A stretch of 63,620 bases of DNA, the filler included, from Atractiella rhizophila (Eukaryota): the NCBI GenBank assembly GCA_021432655.1. It is 5 parts of 5 records of this genome, joined end to end, with 100 filler letters (N's around TTAATTAATTAA, not from the genome) between each part and the next. Parts side by side here need not be neighbours in the genome. Positions count along the whole stretch, not along the records: positions 61,249 to 63,620 come from MU271982.1; 4 more parts are not named here. One strand, 5' to 3'. Numbering within the stretch: the stretch's first letter is position 1; each line of letters begins with the position of its first letter. A program made the position numbers and the translations under genes. Positions 62,107 to 63,620 of this stretch are shown here, in pieces. The notes beneath the pieces are model-generated. The model saw only the letters and a program-made list of their open reading frames with translations. It was not told where the DNA came from and searched no databases.

Positions 62107-63620
62107 CTACTTCAGCCTCGCCCTCTTCGCGGCCGGGCCTGCTTTCCCAACTACAACAACCCCAGCGCTCCCGGTTCCCGTACCGGTCATAGTTCCAGTG
62201 AATCCGCTCCTCCCAGCAGGCGGAGGAGCTCCAGGAGGCATCGTTGTTGCTGGTGCAAGTTTGGGGTCCGACTCGTCGTGCGTTATTCGCCGGACAGGGT
62301 AGATTGAAGATGGCGAGAGGGCGCTGACCAAATAATCGAATTTAGAATATCGCGTCCATTATTGATGGGGAGGAAGAGGAGGCTATGTGGGGAAACGGAT
62401 ACTCACTTCATCAATGGTTTTGGCTCCTCCGACCACCACTTGTGGTACAGAGCCTCTTTCGCCGTGAGTCGTTTCGTCGGATCGTAAGCGAGTAGGTTGG
62501 ATAGAAAGTCGAAGGATGCTTGGGAGGGACGGGGTTGTCGGGAATTGTACCAACCGTAGAGTTGATTGGTATATTTTCTGATCGCCATCAACGGCAGCCA
62601 CATCGGTTGTCAGCGCACGACGAGGAAAGAGGAGAGGGAGCCGAACGAAGAGTCGAAGGTTTTGAGCATCGTGTCGTACTCTGGGAGGTTTACAATGGAA
62701 GGCCATCGCGATTCTGTCCGACACGTCACCAATGAGTTCTAGATCTGAAGGGGACAGGATGGAGAAGAAAACGCACTGCTCGGCACTCCCAAAATCTCGA
62801 AAATCTTGGTCAATTGATCCTTTTGAAACGGAAGAGTAGAATGATGCTTGTTATGTTTTCCGTGGTGGACAGGTTCGAGCTTCGCTTCTTCTCCCTTTCC
62901 ACACCCCACAAAGCGTCAGCATTATTCACATTGAAAAGTCATCCAAGTGTACCTTGAACATCGGCCGCAGTCCAACCAGCTCTCCCATAATACAGCCCAT
63001 CGACCACATATCTATTGAATTGGTGTAATGCTTTGCTCCTGTCCACCCAACTATTGGATCAGCCTCGACAGCTCGATCAAAGCAATAGCAGAATGCTCAC
63101 CTAGCAACAGATCTGGACTACGATACCAAATAGTGACTACGAGCTTATCGGAATTATACAACGACTGTAAAGGTGCCTGATGCATCCTAGCAAGTCCCAA
63201 GTCGCCAATCTTTACAACTCCTGAAGCGTTCACAAGGATGTTTGCGGGTTTCAAATCCCTGTTACCCACTTGTCCGTCAGCGCCTTTGAATTTGAACAGA
63301 TGGATAAATAGAAGGCACAGCATAGTGGGGACAGGCATACGCACCGATGCATAACCCAATTGTCATGCAAATAAGCGATACCGTTCGCCAATTGCCACAA
63401 CAGGCTCTTGAGAGTTCCGAGGGGCAGATGCGTGCGTTGGGTGGAGTGGTGGTGGATTATTTGCTTTTCAACAGAAATGATTGGGTTAGAGACGGAATGA
63501 AATGAAGGGATGGATGGCAGGGATCAGGGGAGGGACACACACAAGAAAGTCGTGTTCTGCATAGTCGAACACCATGTATATCGACTTGTCTTCCAGCAGC
63601 ACCTCACGCAGTGTCGTGAC
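62107..63620 (-). CDS. SSN3: Mediator kinase CDK8/Ssn3; 5' part outside window
   Basis: [60 protein letters not shown]. Confidence 0.93.

Overview
Eukaryotic, intron-rich fungal DNA (basidiomycete-like; introns mostly about 50 nt). The window is not contiguous: five scaffolds are joined by artificial 100-nt N-TTAATTAATTAA-N linkers (15281-15380, 30602-30701, 45907-46006, 61149-61248). Scaffold 1 (1-15280) is the accessory region. It carries a spliced patatin-NB-ARC-TPR NLR-type receptor gene with ten near-identical 120-bp TPR units that vary at a few codons and a patatin domain lacking its DGG catalytic motif. Two further headless 'TPR array + C-terminal cap' modules follow in tandem, one broken by a 114-bp solo LTR. 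The scaffold also has a CpG-rich minisatellite block bounded by a 35-bp direct repeat, and a PIF/Harbinger element with ~300-bp TIRs next to a hAT relic. The other scaffolds hold a duplicated non-coding LTR-type element and mostly ordinary genes: P450, RPN9, chitin deacetylase, Zn-ADH, GH125, two F-box proteins, a TAP-like hydrolase, GH72, an I9 inhibitor, GH88, SAM synthetase, SRC1/HEH1, a PQQ-type dehydrogenase, NOP7 and SSN3/CDK8. Exon boundaries are approximate unless stated.
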